Source: Sphagnum compactum (Eukaryota). Taken from it: 64,000 nt of DNA. This document shows, piece after piece, positions 27,110-48,500 of this stretch; position 1 is the stretch's first letter, and each line of letters opens with the position of its first letter. Below the pieces are notes generated by a model. That model was not told the DNA's origin. It searched no databases and was given only the letters and a program-made list of their open reading frames with translations. Both the position numbers and the translations under genes were made by a program. Location of the stretch: contig OZ234493.1 of NCBI GenBank assembly GCA_965153455.1, positions 8,856,213 through 8,920,212 on the forward strand, read 5' to 3'.

Positions 27110-27310
27110 TTTTTGGTTTATAGCCAAAGTGGGGGATCATCATCCATAAGAAGATGTACATAGAAGAAATGGCAATCAACCTTAAGAAGATTTAGCCAAA
27201 TATGGCTATTATCCATAGAGATAAAAAGGACAAATAAATCTTTTAATCATTGTTCTATATTTTTGGCTAAACAAATGAAAACCGAATTATATGAATCTGG
27301 CGATCTTAAA
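27110..27310. repeat. Dispersed MITE-like repeat (TAGCCA family) upstream of the GS gene
   Basis: Contains tagccaaatatggcta. ttctatatttttggcta is a near reverse complement of tagccaagaatatagaa at about 10471. Confidence 0.6.
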
Positions 27311-27739
27311 TGTGGATGTAATTAAATGGATGTTAAACATTTATTTCTCTCTCTCTCTCACTCTCTCTCACCCACCCTATCACTTCTATGTGGCCAAATC
27401 ACGCTTGAACTCTATATACCTCTTTTGGCCGTCCGATGATGTAATAGTTTCAGAGCGAGTGGCAATCGAACGGGTGTGGTGTGAACTGAGAGCGAGTGGT
27501 AGCAGCGGGAACAAACTAACCTGGGTTGTACTTCAATGATAACCACGGTTAAAAACTTCGTCTCTCTGGGTCGGGCGGCTTCGTGTTTCCTCGTCCTTCG
27601 TTTTCAGAGGGCGCCGTTGTTGTTGTTGTTGCTCGTTGTGAGCTTTCTTCAGTGCTTTATCCGCACGGCTATCTTCAACTGTTTCTTTGCTCTGAGATTA
27701 TTTTGAGGGTTCTCTAGTCGTCTGTTGAAGAGACTAACT

Positions 27740-30700
27740 ATGGCCAACGTTGCAATGTCTGCCTCGCAAGTGGCTATCTCGCCATCTTTTTCTTCCACAG
27801 AGCCGCGCATCACCTCCGCCGGCCTTCGGAACACCGTCTCTCTGTTGTCATCCAGACTGGTCAGAATCATCTGCCTTGAGGACCGCTCTTTTTCTGGGGG
27901 TTTTTTTCCCCCCCGCTTCCTCCCTTCTTTTGAGCGGACTGTGGTGGTGCTCTGACATTACGAGTTCTGTGATTGAAATCGGGCTTTTCGATTTGGGGAG
28001 ATCCTACTGAATGAGCTTCGTAATTTTGCTGCGCTTGGAGAAAAAATGTAGCTTTTGGTCGCTAGTGGTGAATCGTCTTGGAGAACCTTAAAGGATTGGC
28101 AAATCCCGGGATTCTATCTGCAGTCTAATCAATTGATGTTCTTGTAGTCTGTCTGTTTGTGTGTGTGTGTGTGTGTGTCTTTTTTTTTTCTTGTCGGTGT
28201 GATTTTCAGTCTTCCAGGTTTCTCAATCCCAGGATTGACAGTCCAGGATGAAGAATATTGGGAAACTTTCAAGGTCGTAATTCTGAATGGAGAGGGCACC
28301 TGAGATCTTCTTGAGATCCAGCTCGTGTCTATCCATAGCTGTTGAGAACTGGCTAAAACTCTTAGCCTTTTCTTTGGTAAACATCACATCCAAGAGCTGC
28401 ACTGCAGTGTCACGCACTGGGAATGGCCACCAAATCTGTTCTTGAAATGTTTTGTATCTGCAGTTTCTTCCTTCCTCTCAAGCAGCATTCCAATGTCGAG
28501 TCTGTGAATGATTTCACAGATGCAAATTACATGTCTTCAACACAAGGAAGAACATTTTGTATGTCCACAAAACAAAGAGCGGAAGATCACCATATTAATG
28601 ATTTTTGTTTATTCCTGATGCAACAGGCAGCGAGGCCAACAGTTGCTGGCTTCTTTGGCAAGAATAATGAGCTCCACAGCAGCCTCAAGGTGACCAGAAG
28701 CACCCAAAGACAGGTACTGTGGCAGTATCACATTAACTCAAAAGCTACAGGCCAATTTTTTCTACTGGTCAGCTCCATTCTCAGCTGATGGACTGCAAGG
28801 ATTCACATTGCAAAGCTGAAAATACAGTTGCAGTCTAGCTTTTGACCTAATTCCGAGGATTATCTCGAGAATTCAAAGCAATTTGTTTCATGCTGTGCAG
28901 GTCCATAGCCTGCAAGTCAATGCAGTGCAAAAGGCAGAGTATGTCTGGATGGATGGACAGGAGGGACAGAAAGGTATCCGCTTCAATGAAATGCGTTCCA
29001 AGACCAAAGTCATCCAAAATGACATTCCTGCTGGATCATTAGACTTCCCTGAATGGTCCTTTGATGGCTCCAGGTACTCATTACATGGCCTCTGTACTCA
29101 GATAATTGTGATGCTAGTTTGCCATATACACACACAATGCTGGTCTCCTGCTTGAACAGAGCTGAACTCAGTAACAGCAGTTTCAAGTTACTGGTTAATC
29201 TTTCTGTACTTTTGCAACATGCACTATGACATGCTCATGTTGTATGCTTTGTTGGTATCAATGTTTGATCATCAACCAAAACCCAGTGAGAGGTTTGTCA
29301 TTGTATTTGACCCATTGCTACCTTCAATTGCATTACTCAAAAGCTTTTGGTTCAAGACTGACCCAATGAGTTACTCACAAATGCCTTGAAGACTAGTGTG
29401 TGCTCCACATAAGCTCTTTGAATCTAGGAGCCATCATTTCTAGCAAAGAGTTTTGTTAAGGCAGGCTTGTGGAAGTTAATCTAAGACTCAATTGCTACTG
29501 TTTGAGTGTCACAGCACAGGACAAGCAGAAGGGCGATTCTCAGACTGTATCTTGAAGCCTGTATTCACATGTCCAGATCCAATTCGTGGGAACCCTCATG
29601 TATTTGTCCTCTGTGAGGTCTTAAACCCAGATGGGACTCCTCATGAAACCAATACACGACGCCTGATGGAAAATATTTTGAGTCGGGATATTCTGGATGA
29701 GGAGACGCTCTTTGGTTTCGAGCAAGAGTATACAATGTTCAATAAGGCTGGTAAGGTTTATGGTTGGCCTGAGAGTGGATTCCCACATCCCCAAGGTCCC
29801 TTCTACTGTGGGGTTGGCCTGGAAGCTGTCTATGGACGACCCCTAGTGGAAGCCCATTTGGATGCATGTATCAAGGTATTCATTCCTACATTCATTTTGG
29901 CAGTCTGTTGTTGTGTCAAACTGTTCTTGTAGACATGAGATCCCAAGAAATACAGTTCTCGTGCAGATTTGGAAGATGCATTTACAGTTCAGGAAAGATT
30001 CTATTTCCTAATCTAGGTAACCTTTTTTTGTAGTTATCACTAGTCATACAATATGAGTACCCATCATGCATCCATAATAGACAGATCATGACAAGGGTTT
30101 CCAGCTTGCACTGGATTCTTGCAGGTTTAATAACTAGAGGCTCTTTTGGATCATGACAAGTCACTCCATCTTGCACCTCAATTTTGTCTTTCCAAGAAGT
30201 GAGGAATAATAAGATGTACTATCTCCAAACATGGTCAATGTGAATGAAAGAATTTTGATTCTCTAGACATTGTTCTGCAATGTACTCATTGTGTGTGTCC
30301 CTTTCAATGACAGGCTGGACTGAAAATCAGTGGTATAAATGCTGAAGTGATGCCAGGCCAGTGGGAATTCCAAATTGGCCCAGCAGGACCACTTGAAGTG
30401 GGTGATCATGTTATGATTGCCCGCTGGTTGCTTCACCGTTTAGGTGAAGACTTTGGCATCACTGTAACCTTTGAGCCTAAGCCTATGGAGGGAGACTGGA
30501 ATGGGGCTGGGGCCCACACTAACTACTCAACCAAGTCCATGAGAAAGGATGGTGGCATTAAGGCCATTGAGGCTGCAATTGAGAAGCTGTCAAAGAGGCA
30601 CAGTGAGCACATTCAACAGTATGGACTTGGCAATGAGCGCCGTCTGACAGGTATGCTTGCACCTTCTGCTGTGTTGTTTACGAGGGTTAATTGTCCCGTA

Positions 30701-31121
30701 CATGACTTCTTCCCACATAACTGAATGCAACATATTAGCCTTGTCAACTTCAGAAAATTTGTCCCATCCATTTCAGTTTGCTTCTCTGGGAGAGTTGTTT
30801 TGCACTTAGTTGCCAAAGATGATAATAATAGCAAAAAATGACTGAGGTCTCACAAACAATTAAGGTATAAAAGTAAAGCCCCATGTAAACGTGTCAGCAT
30901 CTTGAGCACAATCATGAACACATTCATTGTCAACAGGGAAGCATGAAACTGCGAATATCAATACATTCAAGTCAGGTGTTGCTGATCGTGGTGCCTCCAT
31001 CCGCATTCCTCTCCCTGTCTCTCTTGCTGGCAAAGGTTACTTGGAAGATCGACGGCCGGCAGCTAATGTTGACCCCTATGTTGTTGCACGCATGCTCATT
31101 GAAACAACCCTGAAATATTAG
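27740..31121 (+). CDS. GLN: Glutamine synthetase type II, bacterial-type (GSIIb) with plastid transit peptide, 420 aa
   Basis: Exons 27740-27859, 28627-28713, 28901-29073, 29515-29875, 30314-30650, 30937-31121 (1263 nt, in frame). Motifs: [106 protein letters not shown]. Confidence 0.95.
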
Positions 31122-32865
31122 GGTTTCTTCCCAAGAATGCTTGCACATCAGGAACATATTTGTTTGATGAAGTCAAGGGTGAACCAATGATGATGCAGGA
31201 TGTTTGAAAGTTACATGAAGGTACTAGCCAAGCCTGAACAGTTCTTTTCTAAAATATACTTGGCAATGTATTACCATTTTTCATTTCATTTAGAAGTTCA
31301 TTTTGATGAAAGCCATGTGTTGGATTCCAACTACAGTGCTCTGCACACATATTTGCTGACTTGAACTCATATTAACTTTTCAATTGTTTTGATTTGATTG
31401 TTTTTTCTAGACCCCAATTGTAGGTTTAGGGTGCAAGGGCTTGTTTAGGGTGATGAGCTCAGAAAATCTGTGGGAAATTGCTGAGATGGCAGTGTCAAAA
31501 TAAGCCTGCTATTCTCACACGGTTCCAATGTGGTGGCTGATCAATGAATTTTTGTGGATTGGAGTTAGGGTTTGAACTGGTGAGTAATGACATATATGTT
31601 TTGCAATTACAGTAGTCTGCATCTGTGTGAACTATTGCAATGGATTAGGATTCTTCTACCTTAACACCATCATAAAATCCTCAACCCTTCAAGGATATGC
31701 GCAGAAAACAACAATTTGTTAAAAGCTTCAACATAACCCTAAATGATCCAAACATTCAAAAGATGATCATTTCCTGAAGCTTCCAAACTTGGGTTAACCA
31801 TTACAAGATTATCAAAGTAGATTGTAACCAATAGTAGGATAACATTCTTGGCTTTGAACTCAGTTTGCTGCATGTGCAAGGGCTTTAGCATGACTAACAG
31901 GCAGCTAGTTGCCTTGTGTCTCTGCCCCAGTGCATGGCTTTTTGGTGCTTCTGAACTGTAAACACAGGTTGATTTTGCAAAGAACTGGCAATTCCTTCCA
32001 AACCAGCAACAATTCAATAAGATATGTTGCTGAAAATGTGGGAGCAAATGAACTCCGCATCCTTCTGTAGTTTCTACATGAGAGGCAGAGCCAACATACA
32101 GCACAACACCAACGGACTAAAGCAATACCGCAATGTTCACATATTCCAAGCAAAATGCACTCGAATTTGGATTGACAATATGATAGTTTGCACGAATAAT
32201 ATACAAAAGCAAACTTTTATTAGGTCTGAATCAAGCCAGTACTCAGGTCACAAGAAATGAAATTCTAAATAATCTTGCAAGTGTGGGTAAGTTTATTTCA
32301 TGACAATGAATTAGATCCAACTCTCCAACAGGAGGTTAGGTCACAACATTGATTTGTGACACACAAAAGAGAAGAATTTTCCTTCTCATGTCCACCATGC
32401 AGGCTAACATGCTTCAACTAAAACCAACTCAAATGATGTAGATTGCAGTACTTGGGAGTAGTATGATCAGACTGACTGACATCACTGTGTTCTAATCCAG
32501 TTAAAGCTCTTTCTAAATGAGTGTTCCACAACTTGAGCTGAAAATGGATGGCAGACACAGCATGCTTGTGGTGAGGAGCAACATGCACATAATCTCTCAT
32601 GTTGGAAGTCATGGATGGCAGGAGTTTTGCAGGACACCTCATTTGCAAAAATGTGGATTTCAGGCCAATGCATTTAGGCAACAGACTATATAATTCAGGC
32701 CTTTCAAGTTGAGGATTGCCTCTACCAAACTGCCATGAAGCCAACAAACTTCCATGAAGGATATGGAGATTTTCCTCATTCAGAAGAAAATGCCAGGAAA
32801 GAATGCCTATAACATCTGTTACATCAGACCCTGGTCTTTCTTGACATGTATAGGTCCACTTGCTA

Positions 32866-41504
<8,639 letters not shown>

Positions 41505-41820
41505 GGTCGTCGGCGTGTGAGCAACAGACACAAGAGCTCATATCACATGGCAAGAACCGGCAGGAACACAAGACCAACTCAACTACAAAACCTAAAACTG
41601 AATTTTATTTATTTCCAATGGTAATAATCAGCCAAACAAGGAAAGAGAGCGAAATTTGAGAACTGAATTGAGGTCGCGAATGAGGACGTGATGCAGGTTG
41701 TGATCAGATCCGGCAGATCACGAAAGGTGGCAGGAAACATGGAATGATATAGGACGTGCTTCGTCGTTAGGATACAAACTTTACACTGCAAAATGACAGC
41801 CGTTTTCCACTGCTGTAGGG

Positions 41821-41829
41821 AAACCCTAA
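41821..41829. promoter_or_regulatory. Telo-box (AAACCCTAA) in the NVL/CDC48C proximal promoter
   Basis: aaaccctaa lies ~320 bp upstream of the ATG, next to a GC-rich stretch. Telo-boxes are an established feature of plant ribosome-biogenesis and translation genes. Confidence 0.45.
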
Positions 41830-42980
41830 AATTCCCGCACTTCCGGCGGAAGGGAAGGGTTAGTAAAACGGTTCACAGTCTTGTTTTTTTGGCAAGTCTT
41901 TCGGCTTTGCATTTCAAAGATGACTAGTTTGAACCCCGTGCCTAATGCACAGGTGTGTTATTTCAACAATGTTTGGTTCATGTTTTAGTTTTTTTTTTTT
42001 TAAACTTTTATCTTTTTTATTTTTTATTTTTACGTGTTTTCTGTTTTTATTATTATTTTGTATAATAAAAATAAAGTGTTTCTTTTTCACTTTTGTATTT
42101 TTGTTTATTTGGATGCAAGTTTGAAGTTTGGAGAAAGAAGACACACCTCATTCTTCTTTTCAAGTAGGGTTTTTCTTCATTATTATAGGTTTTATTTTTT
42201 CTTCTTTTCTACTCTTTAATTGGTTTCTTCTTTTTTGTAATTTTTTTCTTTTAAAACGATTTTACTGTATTTTCCTTTAATATATGTAATTTGTAAGGCT
42301 TGAGAAGGCGCTCCTCTAACATTTTTAAATCACTCAAAATGGAGAAGAATTGAGAAAGATCTGCCAAAGTGTTCGGTCATATAGACAGGAGGTCGTTGAC
42401 GGGCCGGTTTGCCCTAGTAGCTTCAGGGATTCTGACCCCTAAGTAATAGAGTTATCCTTAAAGTAACCCTGTCTTTACCCTGTCTTCTTTGGGCCTTCTT
42501 TCACCCACTATCCCCTCCTTCAGTGGTATCTGCAAAGTAAAGACATTTTTAATAAATCTTTAATTGCTCCGTCCTATAAAGGAATGGGGAAAAAAAGATT
42601 TTAGGGATTTCTTTGTCATCTTTTGAAATAAAAATAATGAAATTAACCACATCTAGACATTTAGATGAATATTATTATGATTTATGCCATTTATTCAAAT
42701 GTGAACTTGTGATTTGTGAGGTGACTTTTCGTCCCCTTATTCACGCTTTTATGTGGTGATTATACTTGGAGATACATACGTTGTTGGTGAAGGGAAATGC
42801 AAAGTGCATTTTTAGATATTAAATTATGTTTATAATTGAAAATAAATAGTTTGTTTTATATGCATCGTTTATGATTCGAAATTGATGGATATATTTTCAA
42901 AGTTCAAACTCTTCAAATCTTTGGATTTAATGTTTAGTTGTCACTCACCTAAACCAATTTCTAAGGAGCTAATAGAACGT

Positions 42981-43350
42981 TCAACTTGACAACATACCTC
43001 TAGCCACGTAAAACGTTGTTGCCATCACATACTTTATCCAAATTTAAATTGCAAAAGTTCATTAGAATAATTACAAGGTGCACCTACCTACCAAATTTCA
43101 ATCCCTACACCTAAATTAGCCAAAAGTTGTGCCATAAAACCCAAAAAGGTTTTACGAAAGTAAAAAAATTCAACTTGACAACAGACCTTTAATCATTTAA
43201 TAGGTTGTTACCATCACATATTTTGTTGAAATCGAACTTGCATTAATTCATTAGAAAGTTAATACAAAACACACTTATTCACCAAATCTCAAATTTTACA
43301 CCTAAATCAAGAAAAAATTATGCTATTAAACACGAAAGGTTTTATAAAAA
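42981..43350. repeat. Diverged tandem duplication, ~189 bp x 2
   Basis: tcaacttgacaaca...ccatcacata...ttcattagaa...tacacctaaat...aaaggtttta occurs at 42981 and 43170. Confidence 0.8.
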
Positions 43351-45549
43351 TTGATTTCAAGCTCCAAATTTACCCCTATTCATTTCCATTCTTTTAACAG
43401 TATTACTACAGTTCTCCTTCTTTCCACCATCTATTAAGACTAACCACTCTTCGCCTCCCAAAAAAAATTGAAGGAATAAGTTTTTAAATATTCAAATTGA
43501 AAATCACATCTGAAAAGAGAGAGCCAAAGGATCCAAATTCGTGCCTTTAAAGAGAAAAAGGAGTAAAGAGGCAAAGGAAGACCCCCAACTTGGTGGCCAA
43601 TGAAAGGTTCCAAGATTGGTGGCCCTTGGAGTGAATATGATGTTTAGAGGTGAATGGGGAAACATCTTTGCTTGGTGGCCAATGGAAGGTTTCAAGTTTA
43701 GTGACCCTTAAAATGTTCCATTTTTTGTTGCCTTTGGAAAGAGAAAGAAAAACATTCTTTTTCACCTCCTTTCACTTTTCACTCCCAAAAGACTTTAATT
43801 AATTTTTCTTATTTTTAGAATTTTATTTTACCATGGTTTTAGACTGTTATTTCGCATATTTCCTTCTTTTTTTTTGACCTATAAATTACCCCCATGTGTT
43901 TCAATGTACCAAATCTTCCACACATTCATCGTCAAGTTGATTTTGATCGAAGATTTTTTCCCTTCTTTGAATTCATGGCATTGCGCCTAACCACGTTTTA
44001 CGAACTTCAAATCACATAAATGAACGAATAATTGCCTCGAAAATCATCCCTATATTTGACACTAACTTAACACCTTCGTGATGAAAATTTCGAACCACGA
44101 GAAGTGCACCCTCATTTTGAAATCGAACTTTTTCGAGCTTAAGATTATCAAATTTCTCCGAACTCTCATACCTTGGTGATTTTGTTGCAAGTTGACCCCG
44201 TTTTTGGCAGTGAACCTAAAATTATTTGCAAAGGAGTTTATGAAATTAAAGACATTTCAATTTTTACATGGTTTTCAATTTCTGGTGTTGAAATTCGTTG
44301 TGCAGTTCGATTTGTTGACTACCTCTTAATAGCAAGGTGGATTACTTAGTTTGCACCATCTGACGCATCCTAGATTTTTTGCAATTATGAAGTACCACTA
44401 TGGCATAGCTTAGGACTCAACATGTACTTGTAGTTCTTCTTTGAACTTATCCATAATTTGAATAATTCATCGTGAAATCCAAGTTGCAATTACCACCTTA
44501 TACACTTCTTATTTTAATTGGTATGTTGTTTTGAATTAATCGTACATGTTTATAATGTTTGAAGATTACTCTATCTCCATTGGACCTTTTATTCACACAC
44601 CTTCAATTGTTTCAAAAATTTCAAATCATCCTTATTTGCACGACTATCCACTAAATACTAGTACGAAACCAACGTTTTACCAAACATTACAAATTTTGTT
44701 GTTTACTTTTAACCCCAACCCCCTAAAGACTTCTCATCTCAATCACACAATTGCAAATTTTAAAAATATGATTACTAGCTTTTGTCGAGGAAAAAAATAA
44801 ACCTTACATTTCATTCATCCAATATCAAATTATAAAACAAAAACAACCCCCCATGCAACCATGTGCACCCATCGGTCTTCATTTTAATTTGACATTGTTA
44901 AAAACCTTTAATAACCTTGTCACACCCCAATACCCCTGATGCAATTTTTGAAAATTGAAACTACCATGCATGGTTATGTCAGTAGGGTTTATATTACTTG
45001 AAACACCAAAAATTACTCAAAATTCAATATCTATCACAGCTTAAATCAAAAAAATTCCAAATCACCTTCATTAAATTTCCCTCGTTGAGGATTTCCAACA
45101 ATATCAAAAGTCTTATAATTTTTAATTTTGATTTAAATGAAAATGTTTCATATGTTGGAACATTATGACACTAGCTCAATACATCATTATTCATTGAAGA
45201 CATTTCATTAATATCATGAAATTTCAAAAAGCACCATGGGTTGGGAGATTTGAAAGCAATAAACAAAACAAATAAACAACCTTCTTTCATACATAAATAT
45301 TATTGTTTGGGCTACATTAATGAGGCTATGATAGAAGGTGTTTTCATTCCTTATGAACAGGGATTTTCAAGCCAAATTGAATGAAAAAAATGATTATAGA
45401 AACAAAGTTAAAATTCATGACTTTGTATGCATTGATGCAAATATAAACAAGTTAAAACTCAAGACTTTATATGCATGCAAGGAGAAATAAATTTGAATTC
45501 AAAATTTCATATGCATTGATGCACATATTGTTTTGTGGGAAAAAGAAGT

Positions 45550-48500
45550 TGAGGCCATTTGATTAGCCTAGCATTTTTATATTTGGAGTGGCACAAAATA
45601 GTCATAAAAATAAACCTTTAAATATAGAATCATATATAGAAATCAACAAACATTACACATTAACAATGAATTAAATGATACATTGAGTTCAACACATTTA
45701 TAATACAATGCTCATTTATAGTAAAATTGGATTTTTTTTACTATATTTGCATAATGATTATCGTTATAAGTATTTTTCTTACACAATAATTTCAAATAAA
45801 AAACATGTGATGCAGTGGTGAAAATCTTCCCTTCAATCCAAAAGTCTAGAATTTAATATTTTTCCCAAATTTTTTTGCTAACAAGCGAAATGGATGAAAA
45901 AATACATAAAACATTTATATAATTTTTAAAAGTTAATTACATTTAAGAAACAACTTCCCTAGGGAAAAAAAAGATTAAATGTTAGTCCCAAGCAAGTTGC
46001 CCTACGGAATAATGTATGTTTCTCATGGAGTAGAATGAAGTTCCCGAAGAGCAAAAAATTTCCTTTAGGAACGAATGAAATATCCCAAAAAACAACTTGC
46101 ATAAGGAATAAAAACATTTCCTCAGGGAAAAAAACAATTTCCTTGGGGAATAATGGATTTTCCTTAAGGAAGGGCCTAAGTTCCTTAGGGAGAAAGGCAC
46201 CTTCCTTAAGGAGCAATGTACTTTCCCAAGGGAAAAAACCGAATACACCGAGGAAACATATGTTTTGAATCTTTTTGTATATCACAACCATCACATGTTT
46301 GTTTTCATATAAGGTTGTGACCTATCATTGGAAAGGTTTCAAAGAAAGTTACATTTTTTTAATTGGAAACATTTAAATCAAAATTCATATGCAAAAGTTA
46401 TGATCACATAAAATTTGAACACATTTGTTCCCTTGGGAACATGGTTGCTCCTGTGGGCATCCCTAAAGCAACTTAACTTCATGGACATGAATGTTTCCTG
46501 AGGAAAAGGGCACCTTCCTCGAAGAGTAATGTACTTTCCCTAAGAAAAGGCTCAAATTCCTTAAGGAAACATATGTTTTGAATCTTTTTGCAATCATAAT
46601 CATCTTTTGATTGTTTTTATGTAAGCTTGCAACCTATCATTCGAAAGTTTGTGAAAAGATCTACAACTTCGTAATTGGAAGCATTCCAATTAAAATTCAT
46701 ATGCAAAAGTTATGATCACATAAAATTTGAACATATTTGTTTTCCGAATAACATGGTTGTTTCTCAAGACAATTTAAGCTTGTTTCACCTTAGGAGACAT
46801 AGTTGTTTATTGAAGCTAACCTTGTGACCAAGGAGCAACCAGGTTCCCGGGGAACAAATGTGTTTGGAACTTTGTGTGATCATAACTTTTGCATATGAAT
46901 TCTAATTAATATGCTTCTAATTACAAAGTTGTAACTTTCATCGAAACATTTTTAATAAAACGAACATGAAATGATTATGATTGCAAAAAGATTCGACACA
47001 TATGTTTCCTTGGGGAACAATCATGTGCTTAGGGAAAATGAGTTTAAATTGCCCTAGGGAACAATTTAAACTTTTTTTCCTTGGGAACAATCATGTCCTT
47101 AAGGAAAAAGAGTATAAGTTGCCTCGAGGAACTTAAACATTTTTTTCCCCATGGAACAATCATGTCCTTAAGAAGAAATAACTTAAGTTGCCTTGGGGAA
47201 TAACTTTAACTTTTTTTCCCCAAGGAAAACCATGTCCCCAAGGAAAAGAAATTTAAGCTGGCCTAGGGAGTAACTTAAGCCTTTTTTCCCCAAGGAATAA
47301 TCATGTTTTCAAGGCGAAGGAACTATTTTTCCCTTGAAAATATGGTTGTTCCGTTGGGCAACTTAAGCCTTTGCTCCTTTGAGAACATGGTTGTTCCCCG
47401 GGGAACAACTTAAACCTTTTTTTTCCTAGGGAATAATCATGTCCTTAAAGAGAAGGAGCTATTTTTCCCCTGAAAACATGGTTGTTCCCTCCCGCAACTT
47501 AAACCTTTACTCCTTCAAGAACATGGTTTTTTTCAAAGAATTTTTTTTTAAACAGCTAACTTTTTAAAAATTCCCAAGGGCAATTTATTTTCATCCATTT
47601 TGTTCATGGATGGAAAATGAGTTCAAAAAAAGGTTCAAACCCATGACCTTTGGGTTGCAACGAGGATTTTAACCATTGCATTAGTTTTTTCCTTTGAAAA
47701 TAATGTATCTTATATATTAATTCAGTTAGTCTGTGCGTGCGTTTGTCGAGGTGCCAATTTGAGGGGCTGTGCGTCTATCGAGGTGCCAATTTGAGGGGCC
47801 AATTTCAAAGTACCAATTCGAGGAGACAAAAACCCAGATCTCGTCTGTCCGTCTGTTAATGTCCTGAAACCCAGATCCCGTCTGTCTGTCTGTCGAGGTC
47901 CTGAAACCCAGATCCCGTCTGTCTGTCTGTCGAGGTCCTGAAACCCAGATCCCGTCTGTCCGTCTGTCGAGGTCTTGAAACAGAGATCCCAAATTGTAAA
48001 AGTAAAATAACCGCCCAAAAACCTGCCTGGCTCCTCTTTTCCGGGTTTTCGTGAAACTCGGCAGTTCTGTGAGGTTTTTTTGAAATAACCAGAACCGGCA
48101 GCGGTTCTTTGATTCTGAATTTTTTTTCAAATACTCGGAACTTGTGATTCTTTGACTCCGAGTTTTAATTCTTTTAATTGACATTTTACAAATACCTAGA
48201 CATCCGTCTGTCGAGGTCCTGAAACACAGATCCCAAATTGTAAAAGTAAAATAACCGCCCAAAAACCTGTCTGGCTCCTCTTTTCCGGGTTTTCGTGAAA
48301 CCTGGCAGTTCTGTGAGGTTTTTTTGAAATAACCAGAACCGGCAGCGGTTCTTTGATTCTAAATTTTTTTTCAAATACCCGGAACTTGTGATTCTTCGAC
48401 TCCGAGTTTTAATTCTTTTAATTCCTATTTTACAAATACCCAGACGTGGAGGTTATTCAACATATCAAATACCCGCCCAACACTGCTTATATAGTACATA

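Noticed and set aside
43900-44800. CpG-containing stretch that may be decayed TE coding sequence
   Set aside because: No recognisable motif in the frames I read.
47830-47990. 38-bp repeats as a CRISPR array
   Set aside because: The units are contiguous with no unique spacers, the context is eukaryotic, and there are no cas genes.
47722-48374. ORFs of 98, 178 and 62 aa
   Set aside because: They are translations of tandem and duplicated Helitron-internal repeats with no protein motifs.
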